64,000 nt of DNA, taken from the NCBI GenBank assembly GCA_964016885.1, contig OZ024749.1:38936001-39000000 (forward strand), written 5' to 3'. Positions 13,350 to 28,279 of this stretch are shown here, in pieces. Numbering within the stretch: the first letter of the stretch is position 1; each line of letters begins with the position of its first letter. Made by a program: the position numbers and the translations under genes. The notes under the pieces were generated by a model. It was not told the origin of the DNA and searched no databases. It saw only the letters and a list, made by a program, of their open reading frames with translations. The stretch is from Eledone cirrhosa (Eukaryota).

Positions 13350-14124
13350 TCAATTAAGCAATAGTTATTGCAACGAATAAAAAAAAAATGGATGTGTGTG
13401 AGTTGGATTGTAAAATATTTAGAAGATATATGAGACATCAAAAATATGAAAATGAGCAGTTCATGACTGAACCACTTTTATCTGTGTGGCCTTGATCGGG
13501 ATGTATTATAGTATAATTGTCAGAAACAATAGATAAACATTCTGACTAAAATAACATTAAACAACTGTTATTACTCAGAGTTGTTAAAAACTATAGATTT
13601 TTTGTAAAACTGGCAATTGAGACAACATAATGTAACTAACAGAAGCAGTTTAAAAATTAATAAATTTTGCTAATTAGTCCATTTACATAGTAATATGCAC
13701 CAGATTTGCAGACGTTACTATTCACCATAATCACCCAATATATTACCGTCTCCCCCACAAGTTCTGGAAAGTAAACCTACCACAAACATCTATCTAGGTT
13801 TGTTATTACCACGGTCATTACAACTTTTATAATCTGTGTCGCTCATTTTATAAATCAATAAAATAAAGTGAAATAAACAAGAAACATGTTGGGGAAACTT
13901 CCATAAACCTTGTATTCTAATTGAAAGATGTGATCCTCAACATTATCGGTTCATCTAGAGGTTTCTAGTCCATCTAGAAGAATGTTACGTTACTGGGGAT
14001 GTGTCGACAATGAATTATTTGGGACTATTTTAGAACTAAGAGTCAGAGTTTCTTCAAATTTTAAAATATAATTATATTTGTATGACCTCCAAAATTTAGT
14101 TTAGTCAGGCCCCATTACCTCCAG

Positions 14125-14530
14125 GATCTGGTCGGTCCAGGTCAGTTTGAGCCGGATCAAGTAAATTGAGCCGGGTCGCGTCAGAATGAGCCGGATCAGA
14201 TCAGTTTAAGCCGGACTGAGTCACGTTTAGCGGGGCCAGGTCAGTTTGAAACAGGTCAAGTCAGTTTGAGCCGGACTGGGTCACGTTGAGCAGAGCCGTG
14301 TTAGGTTGGGCGAGGCCATGTCAGTTTGAGCCGGATCAGGTCTTTTTCAGCCGGATCGGATCAAGTTGGACGGGGCCCAGTCAGTTTCCGCTGGACCAGG
14401 TCAATTAGAGCGAGGCCAGGTTAGTTTGGGCCGGATCAGGTCAGCTTAAGCCGGGCCGTTTAAGGTTAGGCGGGACGGGGACGGTTAAGTGAGGCCAGGT
14501 TAGTTTTAGTAGGGTCAAATTAGTTTGTAT
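14125..14530. repeat. Diverged ~20-bp minisatellite (GAGCCGGATCAGGTCAGTTT-like), ~20 units
   Basis: Recurring CAGGTCAGTTT.AGCCGG motif at ~20-bp spacing. Confidence 0.8.
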
Positions 14531-14789
14531 ATGGCTTATTTTGTGATGTGATATCACAATTCTAAATATAAGCTGCCAACACACTATCAAAGAGTCATAT
14601 CTACAGATTTCCTCACCACACCAACTTATCAAACCTCAAGTGATTTCTTGCTAACTAATCAACCAATCACCACGTTTAAAGATCACATGATGAAACGGAC
14701 GTGGCTGAGGGTTCAATGAGTACAATAGTTATCTCATTAAAATAACGTCGGATATTTTTCACGTATTACTCTTTATAAGTAATGATTAA

Positions 14790-14977
14790 TTGTTTCGAAT
14801 TTAGGCACAAGGCCAGTAATTATCCAGTACATTACTGGTACTTTATTTTATCGACTCCGTAAGGATGAAAGGCAAAGTTAACCTCGGCGGGATTTGAACT
14901 CAGACTGTAAAGGGACGTAACTATGCTGGAAAGCATGGCGTCCGACCCTCTACCGATACTGCCAATTCACCGCCCTT
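14790..14977 (-). mobile_element. tRNA-derived SINE
   Basis: Reverse complement of the dominant SINE. Confidence 0.85.
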
Positions 14978-15494
14978 ATAAATAATGATTAATGATACTG
15001 AAGTTAATCTTTGATTCCTATTATAAAACAATTGAACCACTTTTGCTCTTGTGGTAGATCCTCCACTTCTTTCGACGAGGATCATTAGTATTTTTTTTAT
15101 CAGCTCGTGAATTAACGTGTAATAGGTTAATATTCCACAGACACGTGTATACTTAACGTAATTCCAAAGCTGAATTAGCCCAAGTATGCCACAGACATGA
15201 GTAATCCGTAGCTCAAATATTCCATATACACGTGTACCCAAGTCAAATCAGGGTGACATATGTGACAAGGTTTGGACTTTTGAATTACAGGTACATTACC
15301 TCTTGTAGTAACCGTAATGTAATTCTCAGATAGAATCAGTGTGGCACAATATGTAACAAGGCAGACCCATAGTATTACATGTACAGACCTCTAAGAGGCT
15401 TCCACATAGTTTCCATCTTATCAATTTCATTTATAAATCCTCCAGTTTGTGCGGTATTTTCAGGATTGGGATGAAACTTTAAAGATTATTAATG

Positions 15495-15945
15495 GTTTCT
15501 AATTTAGGCACAAGACCAGCAATTTGAAGGAGAAAGGGAAGTCAATTATATCGACTCCTTGTACGTAACTTGTACTTTATTTTATCGACATCTCAAGGAT
15601 GAAGGGCAGAGTTAACCGAGGTTGCATTTGAACACAGAAGCCGTAACTAAATACGACAAAGCACTTGTCCGACGCTCTAACGACTCTGCCAAACCACCGT
15701 CTTTTTAAAGACTATTAATGGGGAAAAATAGGGCGGTGGATTGGCAGTATTGGTAGAGGGTTCGACGCCATGCTTTCCAGCATAGAGTTACGACCCTTTA
15801 TGATCTGAGTTCAAATCCCGCCGAGGTTAATTTTGCGTTTCATCCTTACGGGGTTGATAAAATAAAGTACCAGTCACGCACTGGGGTCGATTTAATTGAC
15901 TCCCCCCCCCAAATTGCTGACCTTGTGCCTATATAAGAAACCATT
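15495..15945. mobile_element. Two head-to-head SINE copies (15495-15700 minus, 15731-15945 plus)
   Basis: Shared core and B-box motifs on opposite strands. Confidence 0.8.
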
Positions 15946-16604
15946 AATAGGAAGAAATAAGATGAGAAGACACGGAATCAAAATAATCAAGAAATTTGCA
16001 AGAATAAAGAATGGTGAATTGTTGGAATGATTTATCAGAAATCGTTTTGTACTCAACTACCGTATATTTTTTTCATGAAAAATTATGTTAAATTGTTAAC
16101 TCTGTAACGTTTAATATTAAACTTGAAGACTAACTGGTGAAGCGAACAACCAAGTATCGGAGGGTATTTATTTAGTCTCATTTATTTTCCTGTGGTGTAG
16201 TTGGGACAGTCAAGCGGCAATCTGAAAGAGTCGTTATGGCGTCAGAAAGAAGCCAGTTGTTAAATGTATATCACATTATGTAATCAATATTAAATGAAAA
16301 TTGAACGAACGGCTGATTAAATCTAGAGTGAAGCCAGTTTATGCAATTATAGTTAGATGATTACATTTAGAGAGAAGACAGTTATTAAAACTCTAAATGT
16401 ATGTATGTCGTATGCATGTCGCTCTATTTCTTTATTTTATCAAGTATTAGCTTTCCACTTCAAATCTGTTATCTTTAATATCTAAGAGAAAAATTATCTT
16501 TCCAATGTCTAAGTATGTAATTGACAAAAGATATTCGTGTCATAGAATACTTTTCTATTTACGCTGTATAATACAGAGGTTATTATTGTAGCTATGTTTT
16601 TACA

Positions 16605-16762
16605 ACCCTTTATGTTCTGAGTTCAAATCCCGCCGAGGTTAGCTTTGCCTTTCATCCTTGCGAGGTCGATAAAATAAAATACCAGTCACGCACTGGGGTC
16701 GATTTAATCGACTTTCCCTTCCCCCCAAATTACTGGCCTTGTGCCTATGTAAGAAACCATTA
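16605..16762 (+). mobile_element. 5'-truncated SINE
   Basis: Starts near the B-box; core and tail present. Confidence 0.8.
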
Positions 16763-16879
16763 TTGTAATCATGTTTGCATGTTTATATTCTAAAAATGTG
16801 TAAATTTATATATACTTTTACGCAGTATATTGTCATTATTATTATTTTCACTATCTCTCTGTCACTCAGTGTAGATACA

Positions 16880-17470
16880 TATTGCACTGGGGTATTAGTC
16901 ATCTGCCACGTCACAGCCAGGATCTCAGATATTCAATGTGCGCAGTATCTGTATGACATTCCCTGTTGCTTTAAGAAGTCTTGAAGTTTGAATGGGATTG
17001 ACTCTAAAACTCCGATCACAACTGGCATCACTTTCACATTACCCTCTTGCATTCCAATCAATCTTGCCAGCTTAACTTATAATTCGGAACACTTGGTGAT
17101 TTTCTCAACCCCTTTATTCATAATATTCGTATAATCTGGTAAGGCCACGTCAATGATCTGACAGTATTTGTGGATTGGCAGTATCGGTAGAGGGTCGGAC
17201 GCCATGCTTTCAAGCATAGTTACGTCCCTTTACGATCTGAGTTCAAATCCCGCCGAGGTTGACTTTGCCTTTCATCCTTACGGGGTCGATAAAATAAAGT
17301 ACCAGTAATGCACTGGGTAATTGCTGGCCTTGTGCCTAAAGTAGAAACAAGTATTTGTCAACACGACAATGTCCGCTCGGTAATGCTCAATTACCAATCA
17401 GTTTGGAAATCCCTGAATATCGTTGCTTTCCCATCCCCCTGCATTACTTTATAAGTCACATGTTCAGACC
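16880..17470 (-). pseudogene. R4/Dong-like non-LTR restriction-like endonuclease fragment interrupted by a SINE
   Basis: Minus-strand DFQTD..IEH.RADIVV / IIDVALPD...EKI.K / VMPVVIGVL motifs. A SINE at 17172-17349 is flanked by the duplication AGTATTTGT (17163-17171, 17350-17358). Confidence 0.65.
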
Positions 17471-18569
17471 ACTTCTCTATTACTTCGTATTGGTATTATA
17501 TCAGGTCACTCTCGAGTGCTACTGGTAGCGTGTAACCCTGTACAACCCTGTTGCATGGTCGGGTCGTCGACGACTAAAGCGGCAACCCTACCAAGTTTAC
17601 TTGGTGAGGAGGGTGATTTTGGACACCCTACAGGACAAAAAACAAAACCTGACAAAGGGCGAAAGAACTCATAAGAGTCAACGGCCATCTAAAAAAAAAA
17701 AAAGAAAAAGAAAAATCCTGCCAAATCAATAGGTGGCAGTAGTTCTAGCTGCACACATTGAAAGACTGCTGTAGTAATTCTGAGAACAATGCAGCTTTGC
17801 AGATGATTAATGTAAATTGACAATGGAAAGGAGCTCTCGCTCGAGTTAGAAGAGAATTATTGACCTTCAGGAGAAGCAGCAACCCCTGATTGTATTCAGC
17901 AACCGAAACAAATATGAAGTACACCAAATCCAATGCTCCTAGAGGCGACCCTGGTTCTTCTTATTTGTGAGTGTAAACTCGGCCGGATTAGATTAGATTA
18001 GATTAGATCGTATTGGTATTTATAACACAAAAGTCAATGAAGGTACAGATTTTATAATGAACTCTCCTAAAAGAATTGAGGACAGGAATCTTTTGTCCTT
18101 GTAGTCCCCAATACCTTGAGTCATTGTGATCAATAAAAGAAATCAGTATTGCCAATAAACAGTCATATTTTACTTTTTTATAATCATTCTCTATCAGGGC
18201 CATTTATTTTGAAATCTGTAACGTTACCTAATGATCAAGTTTATACTAATCAGAAACCAAGTTCACGTTTCACGTCCTGGCAACAATATTAGAGTGGCTT
18301 GTACATTTTCTCTACCTCTCAGAATAGTTGTTTTAATATTAATATAAGCTTCACTAGCTGGTCCTGTGCCGTCAAAAATGGCGGTTAATTGTCGTATCTA
18401 TACATAATATAAAAAAGAAATATTTGTTTGTTTGTTGGTTAGTTGGTTCCTTCGTACTCACAGAAGTGATACAAACATACAAACACACAGTTGTGACACA
18501 TTATAGTTTCTCACAGTCGACGTAATCGCATCTTTCTTTCTACTACATTACGGACAAATACACAAGGCT

Positions 18570-18815
18570 AGTACCAGTGATGCACTGGAATAATCGCTGG
18601 CCTTGTGCCAAAAGTAGAAACTCTATGGCGGTGGATTGGCAGTATCGGTAGAGGGTCGGACGCCACGCTTTGCAGCACAGAGTTACGCCCCTTTACGGTC
18701 TGAGTTCAAATCCGGCTGAGGTTAACTTTGCCTTTCATCCTTACGCGGTCGATAAAATAAAATACCAGTAATGCACTGGAGAAATTTCTGGCCTTATGCC
18801 AAAAGTAGAAACAAT
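18570..18815 (+). mobile_element. SINE tail followed by a full SINE
   Basis: Same A-box, B-box, core and tail motifs. Confidence 0.8.
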
Positions 18816-19173
18816 TATATTAGTAGATTCTTATTGGTTGCTTACGTTTCATTTACAAGGGAAATAACTTGCTGAAAAGTCTATTTTTTAGTTAATTATT
18901 AAGACATGCCATTTTCTATTGTTTCGGCTGTAATATATATTCTTCTGATATATTAATCCTTCAATATTCGCATACAACATGGCGTTTCCAAATCGTGACG
19001 CATCAATGTAATGTGTTGCGGCACTTTAATGTATCACCAATAATCTCTCGGTGTGGCGTGACACTCTTCTGTATCACTGATAATTTTTCTGTATATCGTG
19101 ACAGTTTAGTGTGTCATCAATAATATCTAGTTGTTTCGCAAAATTAAATCAAATCTGATTATTTTTACTAATA

Positions 19174-19489
19174 CAGTGGGACCTCATTTCACTCACTTAA
19201 TTCGTTCCTGAAGCTGCTCGTCACCCAAAATAGTCGTAAACCGAAGCTATTTTCCCCATACGAAACGTTGAGAGAGAGAGAGATTGTGTGGGAAAGACAG
19301 ATAGATATCACTATAGTAACTAACTGCACAGAAAGTGACGCTTTCCCACCGACACTCCCAGCTTGTTGCTAACCGCTGTTGCTGGCTTGCATGTTCGTAA
19401 ATCGAGAATCTGTTCGTCACCCTAGACGTTTTATGTTCGTGAACCGATTAATTCGTGATGAGAGGCTTTTGTGAACCGAGATTCCACTG
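19174..19489. mobile_element. Tc1/mariner-pogo-type MITE
   Basis: TA|CAGTGGGACCTC ... GAGATTCCACTG|TA: imperfect TIRs with TA target duplication and no ORF. Confidence 0.75.
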
Positions 19490-21259
19490 TAGTATATTTG
19501 AGATTTGACAGCAACTCTACCTGCAATTAGACGACAATTGACTGAAGTTGATAGAATGTTTTATAGTGTGTTCGTTAATTTCTTTAATTTCATGTCACTA
19601 ACAAAACAATGAATTACAACATTTTATTTATTGAAAATATGTCGCCAATGTGAAAAGTTTGACAAGCTCTACTCTAGAAACACATTACTTATTTTACATT
19701 TTAATAAATATTTCTGTTATGCCTTTATTTCTGAATATTTTTCTCTGTGGGAAACTTTTTCGTTATCTTTTCTACAGGGCTCAACTGAGATATATCCTCC
19801 AACCATGGAAACCGGTGCAGCTAGAAAGGGGTGGACTGTCCATCACGGGTGACACTTTTGGGTCTGTTGTATATATTAGAGTATTTATTTATCATACTTT
19901 CCAAGGATAAATCTAAAATCCTTGACATGATTCAGCAGATATTTTGAGGAGGCAGCCATTTTTGTTGTTGTTGTTTTGTTTTAATCAGTTAAGTAAGTTT
20001 GTTCAAACATTATGGGGGAACAAGGGTTATTTTCAGGAGCTTTTCCAATATGTCATACATAGATAACACCTTATGAAAACTAAACTGGGGCAATACAACT
20101 AACTTATGTAATCTACCTACTTCTAGAGAAGATTAATTTTGAACAAACAATTGAAAATCTTTGTGAGTTAAATGGCAGTTTACACGTTGGTGTCATTATT
20201 GTCTCCTTACATTTTTGTCGTCACGATCACTAGCTTGGTAATGACCTGGACAGGGTAAACTTTGTTTGATATCACACATATAGTTGTGAATTTAGCAATA
20301 ACTAAAGCAATTATTCATTTCACAATCTATTTCTGCCGATTAACTAACCATAAAAGAGGTGCCGAATACAATGAAAGAAAGAATCCATGGCTATTGTGCT
20401 CTGACAGCAAAGGTTTATTGACTGCTTGGAGATTTTCTAATTTGTGTCGTCATTGTGTTCCTGAAAACTTAGATACACTATTTCTCTGTTAAGGTTTTTG
20501 TCTACCTTAATCACCCCTGAATAATAAAGAAATCGGAGCGGGAGTCGGGGAACAAATTGAAAATCAAATTGTGTTCTCAAAACTGGTAGAGTTTTCACAG
20601 TTAAGTCTGTCTCATGTCCAGCGTCTCCTCAGACCGACATATATTGTGGTTTTATTGGCCATTAATGGCTGTGAGTACAAGATCTCAACCATCTGGATGA
20701 GACGCCAGTCCGTCGCAGTGTTAATTCCCAGTTGCTGCTCTTGCTGCTGCTGCTGCTTTTGCTACTGCTGCTGCTGCTGTTGCTGCTGCCGATGATGATG
20801 ATGATGTTATTGCTGCTGTTGTTGTTGTTACTCCTTTTTCTGAAGTAATGCGACATAAATGAATATCTTCGTCTTCAAAATGTAAAAAAAAACATTCGAA
20901 AATACGTCGTTTCCTACATCCTGTTGTAACGAAATAAACTTCATAAATAACTGGTTCTGTTATTCTGCTATTCTACTGTTCTGCTATCTCTTGCAGCTAC
21001 TATTGCCTAATGTCAGTATATTGTTGTTGTTGCTGTTGTTGTTGTTGTTGTTGTTGTTGTTCTGCTATTCTGGTGCTCCTTGCAACTACACCTGTCTAAC
21101 TGTCCATATATTATTTGTGGAAGAGATCAATCTTTATTTTAACACTCCATTGCCAATTCTTCAAAGGTTACCAAACGACACACCTTTCTTTGTGGAATTA
21201 AACTGTCCAACAGGGATGTTTATCTATTTGCTGAATGACGACATTGAAATAACAATAAT

Positions 21260-21598
21260 AATTGTTTCTACTTTTGGCACAAGGCCAGCAATTACCCAGT
21301 GTATTACTGGTACTTTATTTTATCGACCCCGTAAGGATTGAAAGGCAAAGTTAACCTCGGCGGGATTTGAACTCAGAATGACAAGGGCCGTAACTCTATG
21401 CATCAAAGCATGGCATCCGACCCTCTACCGATACTGCCAATCCACCAATGGTTTCTGATTTAGGCACAAGGCAAACCATTTTGGGAGAGGGGAAAGTCGA
21501 TTAAATCAACTCCAGTGCATTACTGGTACTTTATTTTATCGACCCCGTAATGATGAAAGGCAAAGCTAACCTCGGCGGGATTTGAACTCTGACTGTAA
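21260..21598 (-). mobile_element. Two tandem SINE copies
   Basis: Reverse-complement SINE motifs occur twice. Confidence 0.85.
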
Positions 21599-21599
21599 A

Positions 21600-23670
21600 G
21601 CAGAAATCGAAAGAACACTGAAAGAAATAATGCCTGATGTACAAGTTATCGCCAAGCCAAGGCAGTTTGTGGGCATTTCAGTCCTCTTTAAAAGTGAGGC
21701 TCTGTTCGTGAAACACTACATGGTTCCCCCATCAGAGCGAGTAATATATATTGTACCCCTCTTATCTTGGAAGAAGGACGGTGAGGGTAAAACTTTCAGG
21801 AATTCCACCAGAAGTAAACGTCTGATAGATATGGGCCTGCATCGTCGTAGAGGGAAGTAACACCCTCCTAGAGGGAAGTAACACCCTCCTAGAGGAGAAA
21901 TACCCTCCTAGAGGGAAGAAACACCCTCCTAGAGGAGAAACACCCTCCTAGAGGGAAGTAACACCCTCCTAGAGGAGAAACACCCTCCTAGAGGGAAGTA
22001 ACACCCTCCTAGAGGGAAGAAACACCCTCCTAGAGGAGAAACACCCTCCTAGAGGGAAGTAACACCCTCCTAGAGGGAAGTAACACCCTCCTAGAGGAGA
22101 AACACCCTCCTAGAGGGAAGAAACACCCTCCTAGAGGAGAAACACCCTCCTAGAGGAGAAACACCCTCCTAGAGGGAAGAAACACCCTCCTAGAGGGAAG
22201 AAACACCCTCCTAGAGGAGAAACACCCTCCTAGAGGGAAGAAACACCCTCCTAGAGGAGAAACACCCTCCTAGAGGGAAGTAACACCCTCCTAGAGGGAA
22301 GAAACACCCTCCTAGAGGAGAAACACCCTCCTAGAGGGAAGTAACACCCTCCTAGAGGGAAGTAACACCCTCCTAGAGGGAAGTAACACCCTCCTAGAGG
22401 AGAAACACCCTCCTAGAGGGAAGAAACACCCTCCTAGAGGAGAAACACCCTCCTAGAGGGAAGTAACACCCTCCTAGAGGGAAGTAACACCCTCCTAGAG
22501 GAGAAATACCCTCCTAGAGGGAAGAAACACCCTCCTAGAGGAGAAACACCCTCCTAGAGGGAAGTAACACCCTCCTAGAGGAGAAACACCCTCCTAGAGG
22601 GAAGAAACACCCTCCTAGAGGAGAAACACCCTCCTAGAGGGAAGTAACACCCTCCTAGAGGGAAGTAACACCCTCCTAGAGGAGAAACACCCTCCTAGAG
22701 GGAAGTAACACCCTCCTAGAGGGAAGTAACACCCTCCTAGAGGGAAGTAACACCCTCCTAGAGGAGAAACACCCTCCTAGAGGAGAAACACCCTCCTAGA
22801 GGAGAAACACCCTCCTAGAGGGAAGTAACACCCTCCTAGAGGAGAAACACCCTCCTAGAGGAGAAACACCCTCCTAGAGGGAAGTAACACCCTCCTGGAG
22901 GAGAAGCGAATACGAAGAGAGAAATGGTCTGGGATCAATGTGGAGACACTGATCCACATCAAACCAGATGACATCCTCAAGACCCCAGACCTCATTCCCT
23001 TGTTAGGAGGAGTGGGTGTACATGTTTTAGTTGAAGGCTGACGGCCACATTGTCCTCTGTGTTGGCAAAGTGACCATTTAAGAGCTTTCCGTCCTCAACA
23101 CAAGAGAGAGAACCAGAAAACCCCTTTACTGTCAATACCGGGGGTCCAAAAACCGCAACAGCAACAACAGCGACACCAAAGCCGGCAGCAAAACCAAAAC
23201 CTGCAGCAACTGAACGACCGCCACCACCAACAATAGACTCCAACAAAACCACCCAGGGGCTCAGTGAAAAAAGTTGACCCTCTTTCTCCCCCCCCCCCCC
23301 CATCCCTCTCTCTCTATCTCTGTTTTCTCTAAACATAAAAACACATATAGACACCCATAAAACCACAAACACACTCCAACTAACATCCGAAATAGACAAC
23401 GGGACACCCCCAGCGCGAAATGAAAAGGAAACACAAAAACGAAAACCCAAGACAAAAACATTTGATATAACAAACACACACACAACGACCACAGACACCT
23501 CCACAACAACTCAAACAACACATTCACCAACACGACCAACGCTACCGCAAGCAGTGCAACCAAGCAAACACTAACACAACAATCAACCATGCAGACACCA
23601 AACCTCGTGCTTGTAACAAAGGCCAACAAAGGCCAACTTATGGCCCTCACAGCACCCCTGAGTATAGGTA
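21600..23670 (+). pseudogene. Probable decayed LINE ORF1 (gag-like, Tx1/L1-type), split by the minisatellite
   Basis: Coding-like sequence on both sides of the array, a decayed zinc knuckle (CFS*....HI...C) near 23020-23065, then a P/T/K-rich tail. Confidence 0.35.
21850..22903. repeat. 19/21-bp minisatellite (CCCTCCTAGAGGGAAGTAACA / CCCTCCTAGAGGAGAAACA), ~50 units
   Basis: Direct tandem repeat with three recurring unit variants and an internal near-palindrome CCTCCTAGAGG. Confidence 0.95.
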
Positions 23671-23759
23671 GCTCCTCCCTTTTTTTTCTCTCTTAACAAA
23701 TCAGTCAACAAGGCATAAATGTTGATGGCCTCAGTGAGACCAGGATTTCCGACATGGGC

Positions 23760-23767
23760 GCACTACA

Positions 23768-23801
<34 letters not shown>

Positions 23802-24760
23802 CACTATACATATACACACTAGACTACACACACACACTACACTACACACACACTACACTACACACACACACAACACTACACTACATATACACACACTAGA
23901 CTACACACACACACGCACTACACACACACACACTACACTACACACGCACACACACACACTACACATACACACACTAGACTACACACACACACGCACTACA
24001 CACACACTACACATACACACACTAGACTACACACACACACGCACTACACACACACACACTACACTACACACATACACACACGCACACTACACTACACTAC
24101 ACACACACTACACTACACACACACACACACTACACTACACACACACACACACTACACTACACACATACACACACGCACACTACACTACACACACACTACA
24201 CTACACACACACACACTACACTACACACACACACACACTACACTACACACATACACACACGCACACTACACTACACACACACTACACTACACACACACAC
24301 ACTACACTACACACATACACACACGCACACTACACTACACTACACTACACACATACACACACGCACACTACACTACACTACACACACACGCACTACACAC
24401 ACACACACACTACACTACACACATACACACACGCACACTACACTACACTACACTACACACACACTAGACTACACACACACACACTACACTACACACACAC
24501 ACACACTACACTACGCAACACATACACACACTCACACACACACACACACACACACGCACTACACACACACACACACGCACTACACACACACTACACTACA
24601 CATACACATACACACACTCACACACACACTACACTACACTACACACACTGACTCACACACACACACACACGCACACTACACTACACTACACACACTGACT
24701 CACACACACACACAACACTACACTACACTACACACACACACACACACACAAACTCACACA
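23760..24760. repeat. Complex (CA)n/(CACTA)n low-complexity array
   Basis: Direct inspection. Confidence 0.95.
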
Positions 24761-25398
24761 TAAAACAAAATGCTATCTATCACTAAATTTATCGTCACTA
24801 AATTTCTATAGAAAGTAAACAGTTTCAACGTATAACATTTAAAAGGAATTAATTACTCCACACCTTTATTTGATTCAAAACCTGTCGAGATTTTCTAAGT
24901 TTATTTCTTAAAATAAATAAATTTAATCCTGCCTGGCTTTTAAATCGACAAACAAATGTTTAGGTTATATTCTCAATGTCTGTGCGCGTCGACAACAATA
25001 AATAGAGATATTTATCTTGTGTTATGTCTTTAAACATATTACATCATGGAAAAATCTCGTTTCAGACTTAAAAAAAAAAAGAAAGGTTTTTGCATTATTC
25101 ATTTCTTTTTTGGTGTCAAACTGTTCGTCGCGCTCTATGCGACCTGGTCAGTAATGCAGTTCCACTAATTTGAATCTCAGTTAGAGGTCAGTTTTCATCG
25201 GCTCCAGACTTTGTCTTATGCTATCAATTGTTGATCTTTATTCGGGGCCATGTTCCACTAAAAAAGATTAGTTTCCAGGGTATTTACCCGAATTTCTATA
25301 ATATGATTATAGCAACCGGCTGTTTTACAGCTATTTCTGCGTTTTAGCCACTCACATTTCTATAAACCCATATTTATTCAGCGCTTCACATCGATTAT

Positions 25399-25463
<65 letters not shown>

Positions 25464-25465
<2 letters not shown>

Positions 25466-25880
25466 CGGGTAAAAATCCCGAGATCCATGGACGAGTTCTC
25501 TCCAGCGGTCTCTGTCCCTCATTATCACTGCCATGTCCTGAGTCTCCAACAGACCAGTGTCTGTTCTTATGGCCTCAACATATGTTAACCTGGGTCTTCC
25601 TCTTCCAGTGTGTCCATGCAGTGGCTCCCATAGGACCACTGAGTGCAGTGTCAACTCTGGATGTCGGTGAGTATGTCCAGCTAACCTCAGTCTCCTCTGT
25701 GACAAACACAGTGAAAGAGGCAAAGGATTTGAGACTGTGTCGATGAGTGTGGGGCTGAGAATGAATGAGATTAAGACAAAATATCTGGTAGAGAATGTTG
25801 AGAAGCCAGAAGGGATTACTAATGTAGGCGGGAAGCCGCTAGAATTGGTTGAGGACTTCCTGTATTTGGGAGCAAAGATT
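25464..25880. mobile_element. RTE-like LINE 3' end (minus) fused to an inverted RT fragment (plus)
   Basis: Minus: RRLRLAGHTHRHPE...VVLWEPLHG..GRGRPRLTY...RDRDRWR. Plus: VGLRMNEIKTKYL...EDFLYLG. Confidence 0.75.
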
Positions 25881-25995
25881 GCGAATATATATATATACAT
25901 ATATATATGTAAAAGGTAAACAGAAATAACAACACAATCGGTACAGTATATGGAAGGAATATATTAAGTTAACGCTTGAAATAGCAGGAAGAGGG

Positions 25996-26031
25996 TCTTA
26001 ACGTTTCGGACGCTAGTCCTTCATCAGAAGA
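25996..26031 (-). ncRNA. Minimal hammerhead H4 (best-paired copy)
   Basis: UCUU-CUGAUGA-AGGACUAGCGUCC-GAAACGUU^AAGA; helix I UCUU/AAGA. Confidence 0.75.
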
Positions 26032-26469
26032 AAGAATGAGAAATAAGATAGATTGAGGCGACGGGGAGGTTGGAATTGGATATATATATATATATATTTA
26101 TCCTGGGTTCAATCGGGAGTAACCACAGTAAGTAAGGTACTCAATACATAGCAGAGTATAAATATTTAATATAGAAATGACTTCTACGTGACTAGAACTG
26201 TTTCATTCTGGAGATGTTCTACTCACGCAGAAGCCATTTCCCATATATATATATATGTATATGTAGAAGTTATATTTAATTTGTTGGGAAACAACAAAAA
26301 AAATATTTTTATAACTGATATAAAGCACTCAACAAATTTTTGGAGCAAAAATACAATATATTAACAAATGGAAACTATATTTATAAAACCATCCGGGAGC
26401 TTCCAACAGACATGGTCGCATTCTTTTAAGGGTATGTCAATATTTGTTTATAAAACTGATCTATATTAT

Positions 26470-26531
26470 ATTTTATCTGATGAAAGCGCACCATAATTTG
26501 CTTTGGTGTCCTGAAATATGTATAATGAAAT
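26470..26531 (+). ncRNA. Hammerhead family H7
   Basis: AUUUUAU-CUGAUGA-[GCACCA/UGGUGU stem]-GAAA-UAUGUA-UA^AUGAAAU. Confidence 0.7.
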
Positions 26532-26716
26532 AAATATGGTTTTATAAATATAGTTTCCATTTGTTAATATATTGTATATATATATATATATAATATATTG
26601 TATATATATATATATATATATATATAAGGAAAAAAGATGAAATCGAAAATGCAATTGGAGTCTTTTTTTTTTTTAAATATATATTTATTTGGTTCCTTTA
26701 CCGGTTTCGCAGCTCT

Positions 26717-27245
<529 letters not shown>

Positions 27246-27988
27246 TGAGAAGTCTGCACCACTCAGGAATAAAAAGGCAGAGAAGAAGAAAGTCTTTCTT
27301 ATAACTTCTCTCTATCCCCCTCTCTCTATCCCCTCTTCCCCCTCTCCTCCTCTCTCTTTCTCTCTCTCCTTCAAAAGAAATGAAGACAGCCAGCATAACG
27401 CCAGTTTTAATAAAATGCCGAGGAAAAATTTTACTGGAAATTTTCAAATAAAGTCCCCTTCTTAGAAACAATAAGAATGTTTATCCAAAAATAAACACAC
27501 ACACACACACACATACACATACACACACGTCTACATTTGATTTATTGAAAAAAACCACGAACGTATTTGTGCATGAAACACGATGTGCCAATACAGATAT
27601 AAGACTGGCTCCCTGTAGCGTCCTTTCCTTCATTTTATCTATTTATCTAACAAGACATAATTCAAGCCATTCTATTATATGTCTGTATATGTGTGTATAA
27701 TATGTATGCCTGCCAGAATTCTTATATAAATATATTTGAATGTTACGTAATTTTTCGGGGAAAACTGTGTAAATATCTGTTTGATGGATTTTAATTTGAT
27801 GTTAGCCTTGTCCGAGTTTTAAATTACACAACGTAAATATCGTCTGCTTTCTTTCATTTGGTAAAATATAATGAAAATAATGTCGTTCTAGAGCAGGTTG
27901 TTCGGTAAGAGGAACACTGGGAGTAAATGGAATACACCTTCGCCTTTTTTTCTTTCTTTCTATATAGCATGTTAACACATGCATATAC

Positions 27989-28065
<77 letters not shown>

Positions 28066-28185
28066 ATCGCGGGTTCAATCGGGGGTAACCACAGTAAGTA
28101 AGGTACTCAATACATAGCAGAGTATAAATATTTAATATAGAAATGGCTTCTACAGGACTAGAACTGTTTCATTTGGAAGAAATCA

Positions 28186-28237
28186 GGCTCTCCTGATGAT
28201 TTCTTCCGAATGAAACAGTTCTAGTCCTGTAGAAGCC
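28186..28237 (+). ncRNA. Hammerhead H3 copy in an inverted duplication (28135-28250)
   Basis: GGCUCUC-CUGAUGA-UUUCUUCCGAAU-GAAA-CAG..CUG-UA^GAAGCC. Helix I differs from the 3735 copy but still pairs. A third copy at 8786-8837 has a mutated core (CUCAUGA). Confidence 0.75.
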
Positions 28238-28246
28238 ATTTATATA

Positions 28247-28279
<33 letters not shown>

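Noticed and set aside
20662-21341. Poly-Q/A/S/L-coding exon from (CTG)n/(TTG)n tracts
   Set aside because: Frames are short or interrupted by stops, there are no clear splice signals, and one ORF runs into a SINE.
21850-22903. CRISPR-like palindromic repeats
   Set aside because: Intervening bases are only 7-9 nt and take three recurring forms, not unique spacers.
23719-24651. 310-aa His/Thr-rich ORF
   Set aside because: Translation of (CA)n/(CACTA)n low-complexity DNA.
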